Notes: generated by a model not told the origin, from the sequence alone. A stretch of 64,000 bases of DNA from Eledone cirrhosa (GCA_964016885.1 OZ024740.1:395188001-395252000), one strand, 5' to 3'. Positions 12,799 to 26,275 are shown, numbered from the stretch's first letter. Translations and numbers: made by a program.

Positions 12799-13800
12799 GT
12801 AAGTTCAAATACAAAAAAAAAAAATCCAATGAGCCAATATGGGAGCCAGAGATAGTTATATTGTCCTAAATCACATGCCCAGATGTAATTATAAAGATGA
12901 TGATCAGAGTGGATGATGATAAAGATGTTTATGACAATGAGGAGGATAAGGAAGAAAGAAAGTAAAGATCACTGATAATAATTAAACAATGTTTATCATG
13001 GTGACGGTGGTGGTGGTGATGATGACCATGGTGGGGGTGATGAGGATGACAATAAGGATGATGATAATGAGGAGGATGATGCTGATGATAGTGAAATGAG
13101 TGGTATTGATGCTAGTGGGGATGGTGAAAATGAATTAGTAATGAAATTAGTCTACAAATGAAAAATATAATCCATGAATATGTGTGTGTGGTGTTTGAAT
13201 GCTAGTCAGGTGATATTAAGGAATGTATTATTGCCATTGGTTCATTCTTATTTTAGTAAAGATAGATTATTAACAACCTTACTACTGTGATATTGTTATT
13301 AATATTATTATTATTATTACTTTCGATCAATTTGTTTTTGTATTTTTTCTTCATAATATTACATATACTTGACAGATGTTTCCATATCTCTTGCCAATTT
13401 TTTGTTTTCTTGATATATATATATATATACTTTGATAATGGTATCTATATCAACTGTTGGTTGTGATCATCATTGTCAGCTGGTAAGTTCTTGAAAAACC
13501 AAAGATAAAGTCTTAGCAAATTAGTTTTAAATCCATGTTGATACCCCTTCACTTCATCTAATATCATTATATCTAGAGATCAATGAGGAAGCTTCTATGT
13601 GGTTGGTTTTCCTGCTTGAAATAGAAGCTATACCCATTTCAAATCTCAACAATTCTTTCTTGTTGGTTTAGGACTTTCTCTGAAGCTTTTTAGCAGTTGC
13701 ACAAATTATGCAATTAGTCATTATATAAATGTTCTTATGATGATGATGCATATGTGCATGCATGTATGCTTATATGTATATGCACACACACATACATATA

Positions 13801-14060
13801 TACAAGGTGCTCTCAAAAACAATTTTGTACATTTCACAAATTTGATTTAATTACCTTCAAAATACTCTCTTCTCACTGTGGTTCTGCCACTGCAGGTAAC
13901 ACCTCCAGATCCACTGTTGCTTTTCTCATAATTTCCTCTTGCAACTCAAATCGCTTCCTTTTCAGTGTGGTTTTCAGATTGGGGAAGAGCTGGAAGCCAC
14001 ACAAATCCAAGTCAGGAGAGTAGGTAGCTTGTCAAACAAGTGGTGTGTTGATCTTCCCCA
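13801..14060 (-). pseudogene. mariner transposase C-terminal remnant with terminal repeat
   Basis: The minus strand reads YSPDLDLCGFQLFPNLKTTLKRKRFELQEEI (YSPDLAP.DF motif); tacaaggtgctctcaaaa terminus at TA. Confidence 0.75.
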
Positions 14061-14216
14061 GGAAGAATGTTCTCCACTCTTGATAAAATAAGTGCATATC
14101 CCTTACTTCATTCAGTATAGATTGGAGAATTTTCTTGCCTTGTGTTCGACTGTATCGAGTTCTTTCTTCAACATACACGCATATGTATATGTGAGTATAT
14201 ATATATATATATATAT

Positions 14217-14326
14217 ATCATCATCATCTTCATTTAACGTCCATTTTCCACGCTAGCATGGGTTAGACGGAAGTTGTCCTGCTTGAGGCAAGGCTGGTCG
14301 GGCGGGACAACTCCCGTCTAACCCAT
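14217..14326 (-). mobile_element. Tiny RTE 3' tail with inverted duplication
   Basis: atgggttagacggaagttgtcctgc...gcgggacaactcccgtctaacccat between (AT)n runs. Confidence 0.75.
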
Positions 14327-14413
14327 CTAATATATACATATATATATATATACATATATTTATATATACATATATTTATATATATATATACATATATACA
14401 TATATAAATATAT

Positions 14414-14520
14414 ATATTTATTGAAATAACAGATTAAAGTTTAAGCAAAGAATCGCTACTTTCACCCTTTGAATGCAGCGATTCTTTGCTTAAACTTTGA
14501 TCTGTTATTTTAATAAATAT
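14414..14520. repeat. 44-bp inverted repeat with 19-nt spacer, probably a retroelement 3' end
   Basis: atatttattgaaataacagattaaagtttaagcaaagaatcgct and its near-perfect reverse complement; the arm end recurs alone at 45243-45272. Confidence 0.8.
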
Positions 14521-14607
14521 TTGGTCTACGTTTTTATATATATTTATATACATATTATCCTTATCAAGCCCTCTTTGGATTTTAGTCTTCACATTTATTA
14601 TTATTAC

Positions 14608-14651
<44 letters not shown>

Positions 14652-16070
14652 AAAGGGCTTTCCTGGTGATTTCTATATTAAACATGATGTTTACACTCTA
14701 CTAATATATTGAGTACTTTACTTACTGTGGTTACCTTCGATTGAACCCATTACTGACATATATGTGTGTGTGTGTGTGTGTCTGTGTCTGTGTGTGTGTG
14801 CAATGTATAATGTATGTAGACATACATCATATTTACTCTGTATTGACTCATATATTCTGTTGGCACCATTTTAAGTCAATATCTACTAATTGTTTCATTT
14901 CTTTCTTTTCCTTTTTTACTCCGATCATCTTTTACATCATATGCAGAAATACATGCATGTGCCTTATACTACCATACATAATAAACTAGAGGAATAACAT
15001 CTGGTTTCAGTGGCAAATAATATATTATATAAAGTAATCCTATAAATTGAACATATAATATCTTTAAATAACATTATCATGACAGTTAATATCATCATAT
15101 GGGGGCTTAGCTTCCTTCAAAACTAACTTATTTTGTCTGCAGCATGTAGATCTATTACATCAAAGAAAACATATTGATTCCATCTCATCGTAGAAGTTGT
15201 ATTGATGACATATCATCAAAGTATAAACATATTGATTTATTATTTCATATATATAAAAAAGTGAGAGAAGAAAGAGAGAGAAATCCAAGATTTTCTAGTC
15301 ATGCTGTTTCTTTAAATCTAAAAGTCAGAATGACTATGTTTCTATTGAACAGATTATATAACCAACAAGTAGCTTATCTATCTATTAAATAGACATTTGA
15401 TATATATAGTCTAATGTCAATAAAGGGTTTTAAACTGTTTTACATCCAATTATTTATGACTGTCTAGAAGCAAGGGTTGTATATTCTGGTACATCTTTTT
15501 TAAAAATAGTAATTCTGTTTTTTCAGTACTATGACATAATCTGGCTACAATTTGTTTTCAAATATAATAATAGACACTCAGAAACAACAATTGAGTCAGG
15601 ATGAAGTTGTATTATGTATAGAAATAGCTTCAGGTTGGTATGTTTATCTATATTTCTATATTTATCCTGCAGTGGTAATCTATCACTGGGGAGGAATGAT
15701 TTATCTGTTATTTAGTACAGTTATGGCAACATGGTCCATATCAAACAGTAATATATTTTTGTCCAGCCGTGTTGCATAATGCAATTAAAAGTAAATTTAT
15801 ATTTGGTGGTCTACAAAATTTTCCTTGTGAGTTTTATGGACCACCTTCTAAAAAAGGTTGTTCAATAATTTAGAGCAATTGATTTTACAGGTGAGTGACC
15901 TTCTTACCACAAACTTCTCAACTATGGCAGTAAGGTGTAGCTGTCTTTTCTCTTTTTTTTTTTCATTAACAGAGAGACAAATTGAATAGGAGTTATGTAC
16001 CATACTGTGCAGCACAGCATCACAATAGAATGGCAATAATAAAACTGATAATCTTACAATCATTGTGTGT

Positions 16071-16449
16071 ATCATCATCATCATCATTTTTACGTCCGCT
16101 TTTCCCTGCTTGCAAGAGTGGGACGGGAATTGATTCTGGCTTGATTTCTACAGCTGGATGCCCTTCCTAAAACCAACCTTATTTACAGTGAGTGGTGGGT
16201 GCTTTTTTGCTGTGGCGCCTACATGTCCACTTTACAGTGTGGGCTGGGTGCCTTTTTGCCATGGCACCTCCACGACCACTTTGCAGTGGAATGATAGGGG
16301 TCCCTATCATTCCACAGCTGAATGAACTGTAGCAATTTGAAATAAAGTGTCTCGCTCAAAGAAACAACACACCACTCGGTCTGAGAATTGAACTCACAAC
16401 CTTTCGATTGCAAAGCCAATGCTCTAACCACTAAGCCATATGCCTCCAC
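16071..16449 (-). mobile_element. tRNA-derived CORE-like SINE, family 2, with RTE-like tail
   Basis: Head tggcttagtggttagagc...gagttcaattctc, core cttgagc.agacactttatttca, tail aggaagggcatccagctgtagaaa...(ATG)n; contains 48-bp-like units. Confidence 0.85.
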
Positions 16450-16504
16450 ATATATATATATATGTATGTATGTATGTATGTATATATGTATGTATGTATG
16501 TATG

Positions 16505-17104
16505 TTCTTCTGGTTTTATAATTTCACAAAGTTTTACCAATAGAGAGAGAGTCGGTTTCTAACATAGACACAAGACTCTCTCATTGGAATTTACACAACA
16601 TCAACTAGGTAGGTATGTATGTCTGCATGCATGTGTAGCTATGGATGTTATTGTATGTGTGGATGTGTGTCTTTTGAGTTGTATCTGTACATGTGTATAT
16701 GCAGTTATTAGATGCACAATTTTTGGAATGTTTTACATATTTTTACTGTTCCATTAATGGATTGTACTTGTAATTTCCTAACTAGTTGTGTTCTTTCTGT
16801 TCCTGTGAAGCCTAGCTTCTCAAGATTTGTATTGAGGCAGTTACTAACATACCCCAGTACCCCAATAATCACAGGCATAAATCTGAAGGTGTAATCAGGG
16901 TGGAGTATCTGCAGATTTCTCATCAGTTCTGCATAAATATTATCCTTTTCACTAATCTTGGATATTATATTGGCATCTGCTGGGCAGCTAATTTCCACTA
17001 CTGTGCATGTTTTCTTCTCCCTATCATAATATCTGGTCTGTTATGCCTGCATTTTATTGGGGTTTTTACTGGAACATTCCACCAGTACTCTTTCATATTA
17101 TGTA
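16505..17104 (-). mobile_element. 5'-truncated RLE-type non-LTR retrotransposon (R4/Dong-like), endonuclease region plus 3' UTR
   Basis: HNRPDI...VEISCPAD....SEKDNIY...PVIIGVLG; lies in (TATG)n; homologous to 63221-63856. Confidence 0.85.
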
Positions 17105-17152
17105 CATGTCTGTCTGTCTGTCTGTCTGTCTGTATGTATGTATGTATGTATA

Positions 17153-17207
<55 letters not shown>

Positions 17208-17321
17208 GTGAGGTTTTTTTTTTTACAGAATGAAAAATAACCGAGGTGTCCTACACGAAGATGAAATCGAAAATGCAACTGGAGTCTTATTTTTTTTTAA
17301 ATATATATATTTATTTGGTTC

Positions 17322-17357
17322 CTTTACCGGTTTCGCAGTTCTTCTGCTTTTCAAAAG
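17322..17357 (-). ncRNA. Minimal HHR motif, U3-A8 variant (family B)
   Basis: ctt-TTGAAAA-gcag/aagaa/ctgc-GAAA-ccgg-TA-aag; palindromic stem III accggt. Confidence 0.6.
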
Positions 17358-18017
17358 TAGAATTGAGATGGAGGGTCTGTGGTTTTTCTCACATCTGGTT
17401 GGTCTTTGAATGTTACTTGTTTTATATGAAAAAAAGTGGCTCTAAAAGCCAGGTTTTTAGAGAAGTAATTTGATTGGTTGGTCAATAATTTTAATAATTT
17501 TCGCGCCAGTTCGCATTACAAAGTTCTTCAAACAAGTGGGGAGGGGCTTAGGTTGTTTTTTCATATATGAGTGTTTGAATTTCTTTTTACTTAAAACAAA
17601 GGGGCTCAAGAAGGCTTTTTTTTAATAAACGTAATTTGATTGGTTATAAATGAAATTATGGCTGTCACTTGAACAAGTTTTCATTAAATTTCGCGCCCTT
17701 ATTTGGAAATCTATTCTGTAGCCTTTTTAGAGAATTTTATGACAAGCAAAAGATAGTGGTCAAGAGAAATGGGATGGGAGAATTGTTCTGGTTCAGAATT
17801 CAGATTTTCTATTGAAATAAAGAAAGTAAAGATATGTATGTTTATTTGTGTGCTTGTGTGTTGTGTGTGTGTTTGTGTGCTTGTGTGTGTGTGTATTGGA
17901 AGATGATTCTATGAGTAGAAATGGGGGAGGGAGTTGTGTGTGTGTGGGGGTGGGGGTTGTTATGTGTGTGTGGGAGTATGGTTAGCATGTTAAGATGAAG
18001 AGAATATATATATATAT

Positions 18018-18050
<33 letters not shown>

Positions 18051-18625
18051 GAAAATGATTCCTTTAGTAGGAATATTTTTGAATGAACATATTTTCCTTA
18101 CTTATTCGTATTATTCGTATTTGTTCTGTTGTATTGTCAGCGCAAACGTATGTTAAGTTTTATTTAGTTCGAGTTTTTATTTTCTAAAGTAGCAGGTGTT
18201 ATGTGTGTGTGTATGTGTCTGTTTGGATGGTTAGCATGTTATGGTGTTGACATAATGAATATTAAACCATATTTAATGCTGGTCTATATTTTTGAATAAA
18301 CATATTTTCCTTATTTATTCGTATTTGTTCTGTTGTATTGTTAGCGCAAAGGTAAAATGGGAAGACTTGGAATTTGGGTGTCTTATTACTTGCGCATATG
18401 TCTAGATGTGCGCTTAGTGGTATCTGTCTCATGGTTGGATCTCGTAATTGTTTGAAGAACTTTGTAACGTGAACTGGCGTGAAATTTATTATAAATATTG
18501 ACCAACCAATCAAATTACTTTTCTAAAAACCTAGCTTTTCGAGCCACTTTTTTTCCATATAAAACAAGTAACATTCAAAGACCAACCAGATGTGAGAAAA
18601 ACCACAGACCCTCCATCTCAAATCT

Positions 18626-18665
18626 ACTTTTGAAAAGGCAAAAGAACTGCGAAACCGGTAAAGGA
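18626..18665 (+). ncRNA. Minimal HHR motif, U3-A8 variant (family B, inverted arm)
   Basis: Mirror copy of 17322-17357 with a slightly decayed stem II. Confidence 0.5.
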
Positions 18666-18732
18666 ACCAAATAAATATATATATATTTTTTTAAATAAGA
18701 CTCCAGTTGCATTTTCGATTTCATCTTTTTTT

Positions 18733-18794
<62 letters not shown>

Positions 18795-18800
<6 letters not shown>

Positions 18801-18993
18801 ATGGAATTGTGGTAAGGAACTAGATGGACTATAACGCACCAGAGTACTCAATACTTAGGGTAGTAGAGGGGGAAATAGGAAAAAGTATGACCCCGACGGC
18901 AGAGCTCAAGCCGTTTCGACGGCTATTTTTGGACTCCAGATATAGCCGGCGAAACGTCTTGAGCTCTGCCGTCGAGGTCATACTTTTTCCTAT
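18795..18993. mobile_element. Short fold-back element, probably a PLE 3' end; 52-bp arms 18875-18926 / 18942-18993
   Basis: Inverted arms containing ggcGAAAcGTC (3' half of an HHR-like motif); flanked by (AT)n. Confidence 0.6.
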
Positions 18994-19000
18994 ATATATG

Positions 19001-19032
<32 letters not shown>

Positions 19033-19033
<1 letters not shown>

Positions 19034-19970
19034 TAGAATTAAAGCCCGGCGTTGCTCGGGGTCAGTAAGTTACCAAAGTTAGTTTGCACCACCCATTTTA
19101 TGGCAGCACTTTTTTGTCTGCCAGGCACTGGGTGAATGAATTGCAGACCTGGACTGCCGAAGCAGGAGCTGCGCCAGCAGTGACAATTGTAGTTTCGCCT
19201 ATGGATATTATCTCCGTGCAAAGAAGTGTTGAAATTTATTGTTTCACAGTACTTGCGCAACACACACGTAGACGATGCCAGCCGAACAACAGAGTTGCGA
19301 TGGAGTAGTTCTGCATGGTTGTCTAATGTGTATTTTCTAAATTTAAGACAGTAGGGAGGGGTGTGATATGGGGGAGAGTTAGCTGCTGTTTCTAGCAGGT
19401 TTAGTGACCTCATAGAGGATATCATTGTGTATAGTAAATAAACTGATACTTCTTTCTCCCTCGTTCGTTGAGAGATGTTTTAAAAAAGATTTATCGCTAT
19501 TTGTTTTGTTGTTGAATAAATTTATCTGTTGCTTTTGAATAATTGTTGCTTCGTATGAAATATAATAAGTTCTCTTTGTCATTGAAGTAAATAAATGTTT
19601 GACCGTTCCACACTCAAAAACAAACGTTCTCTCTCTCCCTCACTCTCTTCTCTCTCTCTCAGCTTCATTACTTTCTCTTTTCTTTCCTAAAGGAAGTTTG
19701 TAAGTTTAAGCGTATATAAGAGAAAGTTGCAGCATGTATGTAGGAGTAGAGAGAGGAAATCAGACTGTATTAGAGTGATAAAGCGTCATGTATTTAGTTT
19801 TATCGATTATTTCCGTAATTATGGATGAGTTTTAAATAAATAAATAGTTGGTGATCTAAGTTAGACCATTTATAATATTCTTACAGACTTTGAGTCGAAT
19901 CGGTTTGAAATTCTGCAAATGTATAAACATGGAACATGCACACACACGACAACAATCTGCCTTTTATAGA
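19033..19970 (-). mobile_element. Non-autonomous Helitron
   Basis: The minus strand starts A|TC and ends with the GC hairpin cccgagcaacgccggg followed by CTAG|T. Confidence 0.75.
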
Positions 19971-19971
19971 T

Positions 19972-20158
19972 AATTGTTTCTACTTTAGGCACAAGGCCAG
20001 CAATTACTCAGTACATTACTGGTACTTTATTTTATCGACCACGTAAGGATGAATGGCAAAGTTAACCGCGGCGGGATTTGAACTCAGACCGTAAAGGGAC
20101 GTAACTATGCTGGAAAGCATGGCGTCTGACTCTCTACCGATACTGCTAATCCACTGCC
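19972..20158 (-). mobile_element. tRNA-derived SINE, family 1, with target-site duplication
   Basis: Full head and tail; ttttatagataat occurs on both sides. Confidence 0.88.
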
Positions 20159-20181
20159 TTTTATAGATAATGATATATATA

Positions 20182-20585
20182 TAATTAAGAAAACGCATAT
20201 AACGATATGTGCTTTTACGATTCTCCAGAAAGGCCGGTAGATAGGTAAATATTGCTGATGAGTTGTAACAACAACGAAACTAGTTCAATATTCCTTGTCT
20301 GGCTTTCTGGAGAATAGAGGAAAGGTGTTTCCTCAAAAACCAGTATGACTCTAAAAACCGGTTTGTCTGTGTGTTTACATACAGAATAGCTGGATACTCA
20401 CAGTAAAGTGACCAGTGAAAGACTTGGTACATCTACATATGTATACGTGTGTGTATTCATATGCATACTAGTATTTCAGTATACATATGTGGATGTACAT
20501 TTTTAACTTAATTGTTTAAGCGTCAGTCATACAAAAGTGAGTTACAAACGAAACGAAATTTAATTTCGTTTCGTTATTTGTTTTG

Positions 20586-20586
<1 letters not shown>
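20182..20586 (+). mobile_element. Retrozyme-like structured non-coding element
   Basis: About 400 nt, no ORF, a chain of hairpins plus a canonical HHR, between (AT)n runs. Confidence 0.6.
20220..20315 (+). ncRNA. Canonical type I hammerhead ribozyme
   Basis: aatattg-CTGATGA-gttgt/aaca/acaac-GAAA-ctag-TT-caatatt; stem I is extended by attctccagaaag/ctttctggagaat; predicted cut after 20285. Confidence 0.88.
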
Positions 20587-21420
<834 letters not shown>

Positions 21421-21529
21421 TGGGTTCAAATTTCAAAGAAATCAAAATCCAAAGAGGACTCAATACAAGTTATATAAAAAGTCCCGTCAAGGATTTGATA
21501 TAACATATTTTTTTGTTGAAATATATGGC

Positions 21530-21862
21530 AGTCTCACCTCTCTATGCCATGGATGTTGTCCAAGGGAAAGGCAAAGGTTGATACAACTTGACATCATTGA
21601 CAACGCAACAAATTTCTCCAGTTGAGTGAACAGAAGTAACATGAAATAAAGTGTCTTGCTCAAGGGCACAATGCACTGTCTAGTCTAAGAATTGAACTCA
21701 CAACCTGAAACCGCCACAGAAAAAAAGCACCCAGCACTCACTGTAAATGAGATTGGTGCTAGGAAGGGCATCCAGCTGTAGAAATCAAGCCAGAATCAGT
21801 TCCCGTCCCACCCTTGCAAGCAGGGAAAAGCGGATGTAAAATGAAATGATGATGATGATGAT
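21530..21862. mobile_element. CORE-like SINE fragment (-) abutting a family 2 SINE tail (+)
   Basis: aaataaagtgtcttgctcaagg...ttgaactcacaacc, then gcacccagcactcactgtaa...(ATG)n. Confidence 0.7.
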
Positions 21863-22180
21863 ATATAACATCAGAACAAATACTTATTACATATTGCAGA
21901 GTTTTAGAGAAGAAACTAGTCTTTCACCTTTGCAGGGGTCTTCAGAAACACTAAAGAAATTTATAATCTAGAGCTACAGATGTAATTATTTCAAATATAT
22001 GTGGCAAATACCAATATTTGCCTCATAGTCAAAATAATGTTATTGTTAACTTTAGAAAGACAGAACAAATGAATGAATAAACAAGAGAGAGAAATATATT
22101 ATTCCAAACAGAAAGGAAAACTGCATCATTTGACAAAGACAGATATTACTTGAGAGACAAATTTACAGTTGTATACAAAT

Positions 22181-22316
22181 GTATGTGTAAATATACACAA
22201 ATATACTTAAAGTTGTAAGTGTAAATATATACAAATATACTTAAAGTTGTATGTGTAACTGTACACAAATATACTTAAAGTTGTATGTGTAAATATACAC
22301 AAATATACTTAAAGTT
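22181..22316. repeat. 34-bp minisatellite x4
   Basis: gtatgtgtaaatatacacaaatatacttaaagtt repeated. Confidence 0.9.
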
Positions 22317-22407
22317 GGAATATAAATGAATGATCAAAAGACCCAAATATTTAAATAAATAAAAAAATAGATAAAGCATCTAATGATTAACAATTGAATA
22401 GATAAAG

Positions 22408-22870
22408 TTCTTCTCCCACTTATTCCTGAGAGGGTCATGGGGGCAGAGTCCTCAGACACTCCTTCCAGTGGATCCTGTCAGAAGCAACCATCTCCAACTG
22501 ATCCGGGTGGATCCCCAAGTGAGACCAGCCAAGCTCATGAATGTTATCCAACAATCTTGCTCAAGGTCTACCTATGGGTGCCAGTTTGTTTTGCCCATAA
22601 AATCTGTCTAGCGATTCTTTCTTGAGACATTCTAACCACTTGTCCATAGTATTGGAGCTGTGATCTCTCATTTCGGTGAAGTAGCAGCTCTACCTGGAGT
22701 GATTTCTGAGCTATGCACTCTATTGAGTAATATTACTCCTATGACTTTTTGGAGGGAACCCATTTCAGCCACTTGTGTCCACAAATGTATACTTTTACTC
22801 ATTACTCAAGATTCATGACCATAGGTAAGGGTTGGCATGAATACCGAATTGAAGATAGTGAGTTTGGCCT
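22408..22870 (-). pseudogene. Old RTE LINE 3' fragment
   Basis: Minus strand PTLTYGHES, QVAEMG and SQLQYYGQVVRMSQERIARQI. Confidence 0.75.
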
Positions 22871-23099
22871 TTGCACATACCTCCCTTCTTCTAATTACCA
22901 AATGCTGAAGCTGGTGCATTACTGCACCATCTCCTGTAATTCTTGCATAAGAAAACAGCCTTTATTGCTCCAAATTAAGAAACAACAGTAATTCAAGAAA
23001 GCTATCAAACTTGTTAATTAAGCTAGACCAAACCATAGTAGTGAGAAACCAGTATTTAATGGAGATCAATCCATTTTATATGATCCAGGTAATAACAGA

Positions 23100-23760
23100 A
23101 ACAATGGATGAAATGCCTCAAGCAAAAATCCCAAAGAAAAAGGAAACAACCAAAATGAAAGGCTAAACTTGAGAATGAGATTAAGAGTTCATATGGAGAT
23201 TTATCTGAGTGAAACAGAAAAAAGGACAAATTTCAAAAATAGAAAGCAAACCAACTAGAAAGAAGGCCCAGCATAAAAAAGTCAACTGATACATCATTAG
23301 CTAAAGAAATACTAACACAAAAGATCCAAGAAAAAGCACGAAGAAGAGATATGAGAAAAGAAATAACTCTCTAGAAAAGATGCAAAGAAGTTCTACAAAG
23401 ATATGGGGGAAAATAATATCGAAATCAACAAACCACTTAAAATTGAAGAAGTTGAAGATTTCTGGAACAAAATCTGGGAAAGTGACAAACACCACAAAGA
23501 GGAAGCACTTTGTATTCAAAAAACAGTAGAATCAAAATAAAAACATATAGATGCCCCAGCATGGACTCAGCTGGATGACTGGAACAGGTATCATCAGGAA
23601 TGATATCAAAATCACTGAGACTATGAATACCATCAAGAAGACCAACAGCTGAAAGTCACCTTGACTGGATGGGATTGCAAACTTCTGGTTAAAAATTACC
23701 CAGTATCTATCAAGACCTAACTAATGTATACAACCATATAGTAAAATTCCAGATGATTCT
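23100..23760 (+). pseudogene. Degenerate R4/Dong-like LINE, region upstream of and entering the RT
   Basis: KDAKKFYKDMG, EEVEDFWNKIWE and KKTNS*KSP*LDGIANFWLK. Confidence 0.7.
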
Positions 23761-24423
23761 GCAAGGTATGTGTACATATGTAGTTAGTATTAGAAGCACA
23801 TGTATGTTTGATGGGTATTTCTTATCTGTTTATGTATGTGTGTATCAGCACTGTTGCTTTATTGAATCAGTGATTGTTGTCTATTGTTAGTATATTTCAG
23901 TAGTTGTCGGCATATATGTGTGTGTATGAATGTGTGTGTGTGTGCGCGCGCGCGTGTGTGTGTGTGCGTGCATGTGTGTGTGTGTATGTGTGCATCTATT
24001 CTTTAAAAATTCCAAAAGAAGGATATTGGGTAATTAAAATGAGAATAACAGTTACAGCAGCAGTAACAGCAGCATCAACAACAATAACAAAAAAACAATG
24101 AATTAATAACCAAAAACTTTCAATAAACCCCATTGAAGTTTTACCTTTTAATTAATAACCAGGGAAATCAAAGGAAGGATGTAAAATACAAGAATAAATT
24201 TTAGATAGATAAAAGAACAAAAACCAATAAAATTAAGATTATAGATCTTAGTTGGGATTAAATGAACTTGGATTTTTAGTTCATAAAAGGAAGATAGTAT
24301 TTCATTTTTAGATTTTTTTAAATATTCAATTTTTGCAATTTTTTTCTCTCTTTAATTTCTTTCTTTATTTTATTCTACAAATTTTGATCCATATTCTTAG
24401 TTTGCTGCTGTTGTTATTGTTAT

Positions 24424-24847
24424 TGGCAGAGTCGCTAGAGAATAGGACAAAATATTTAGCAGCATGTTGTTCTAGCCTTTTGAATCCTGAGTTCAAATTT
24501 CTTCACAATCAACTTTGCCATTCATCCTTTAGAAGTTGGTAAATAAAGTACCAGTGAGGCACTGGGCTCGATTTAATCAACTTCTGCCCTACTAAATTGT
24601 TGCCCTTGTGCTAAAATTAGAAATTTTTGTTGTGGATTGGCAGTATCGGTAGAGGGCGGTGGATTGGCAGTATCGGTAGAGGGTCAGACACCATGCTTTC
24701 CAGCATAGTTACGTCCCTTTACAATCTGAGTTCAAATCCCGCCGAGGTTGACTTTGCCTTGCATCCTTACGGGGTCGATAAAATAAAGTACCAGTAATGC
24801 ACTGGATAATTGCTGGCCTTGTGCCTAAAGTAGAAACAATTATTATT
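24424..24847 (+). mobile_element. Two tandem family 1 SINEs (old, then young with duplicated 5' head)
   Basis: Central domain occurs twice; gtggattggcagtatcggtagaggg is duplicated at 24632 and 24659. Confidence 0.8.
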
Positions 24848-25580
24848 GTTGTTGTTGTTCTATTTTAGCTCCGGGTAGACCCTGAATTGAAAGAGCTACT
24901 AGGACATCAAATAGAATGGGCTCACAGTATTTGTTCTGGCTCTCTGTGTTCTGAGTTCAAATCCTGCTAAAGTCAACTTGGTTTTTATCCCTTTATTTGA
25001 TAAATAATGCACCAGTTAAGTACTAGGGTTGATTCTTCTTTTTTCACATTTTTACTCTTTCTCTCTTTCATTTTTTTCTCTCTCTCTCTCTTGGTCTGTC
25101 AGATTTTGGTACACTACATAGTGAGGAAGTCATAGAAAACTACTGACACACTCTCAGATGTTAGCAGGCCACACTAACATAATTAAAATTTTCAGGGAGC
25201 TTAAAAGAGCAATTCACATTCCAAGAGTTGTCTGTTACAGAAGATGAAGATGTCCTAATTAAGTAGATCTATGAAAAAATGCATTCCTGTCAAGGTTGAG
25301 TGGGTATTATATTGGACTACCTTCTTATTAGTTAATATTCAGCCCAAACCCACTGCAAACATTTCATTGTGCATTTGAAAAAATAATTTTGTATGAAAGT
25401 AGGTACTAGACCATCAGGGAATACTTTTCAAGGATAATAGATGGGCTTCCTATCCAGAATAAAGAATATTTCTTTTGTTTCTCATTGTGGTGGATTGGCA
25501 GAATCATTAAGGTGTTCATCATTCAATAGGGTAGATAGAATACAATACCAGTCAATTACCAAGGCTGGTTTATATTCTTA

Positions 25581-25735
25581 TAATTGTTTCTACTTTTGGC
25601 ACAAGGTCAGCAATTATCCCAGTGCATTACTGGTACTTTATTTTATCGACCCTGTAAGAATGAAAGGCAAAGTTAACCTCGGCAGGATTTGAACTCAGAT
25701 CAGAAAGGGGCATAACTCTGTGCTGCAAAGCATGT
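25581..25735 (-). mobile_element. Family 1 SINE, 5'-truncated
   Basis: Central domain and tail; tttatattcttataat on both sides, consistent with a TSD. Confidence 0.8.
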
Positions 25736-26275
25736 TTATATTCTTATAATGCAGTGATGCACACCTTCTCCCGGTTTGACTCTCCTGGTAGTCAATCAAT
25801 TGTCCAGGTAGACCAGCATTCACCCAGAGGAAGCATCTGATGTCCATAACAAAGTTTAAGTATTCACAGTGAGTTTTACAATACCATAGAAACCACTAAT
25901 TGTTTTTAGATAAAACAATCTAAAATTGAATCAATTAAAACTAAATTTTTATCTCTTTTTTTGTAATTATAACCTCAATTAAAAATATTCATCTCCAACT
26001 GTGTTGCATAATACAACCAAAAGTACATTTATGTTTGATGCTCCATGTTTTTCACAGGAATTTTGTGGACCAATTTCTGAAAAAAGGCTGTTCCTTACTT
26101 CTATAATGCATCCTTAATGTGAATGGAATTTTAATAGAAGGCAAAAATGAAGACTTTAATATCAAGAACTATAACTAAGCTGTGATCCTTACAACTTCAA
26201 AGAGAAAGCTTTATATGTCTATTGAAATATAATTATTTCTTCCATTTGAGAATAATAATGATTTCCATGAAGAAT

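Larger units (their letters stand above)
17202..18735 (-). mobile_element. PLE family B: GIY-YIG C-terminus plus 3' UTR, with an inverted copy of the 3' end
   Basis: 18262-18452 (-) reads QLRDPTMRQIPLSAHLDIC...FPFY...KENMFIQKYRPALN. Arms 17258-17535 and 18448-18727 are inverted; (AT)n on both flanks. Confidence 0.8.

Noticed and set aside
16380-16449. tRNA gene
   Set aside because: The A/B boxes belong to SINE heads that continue into core and tail sequence; there is no complete cloverleaf.
21911-21945. HHR-like CTGAAGA...GAAA motif on the minus strand (similar weak hits near 11835-11870 and 63115-63157)
   Set aside because: Stem I does not pair and stem II is weak; at best these are decayed relics.
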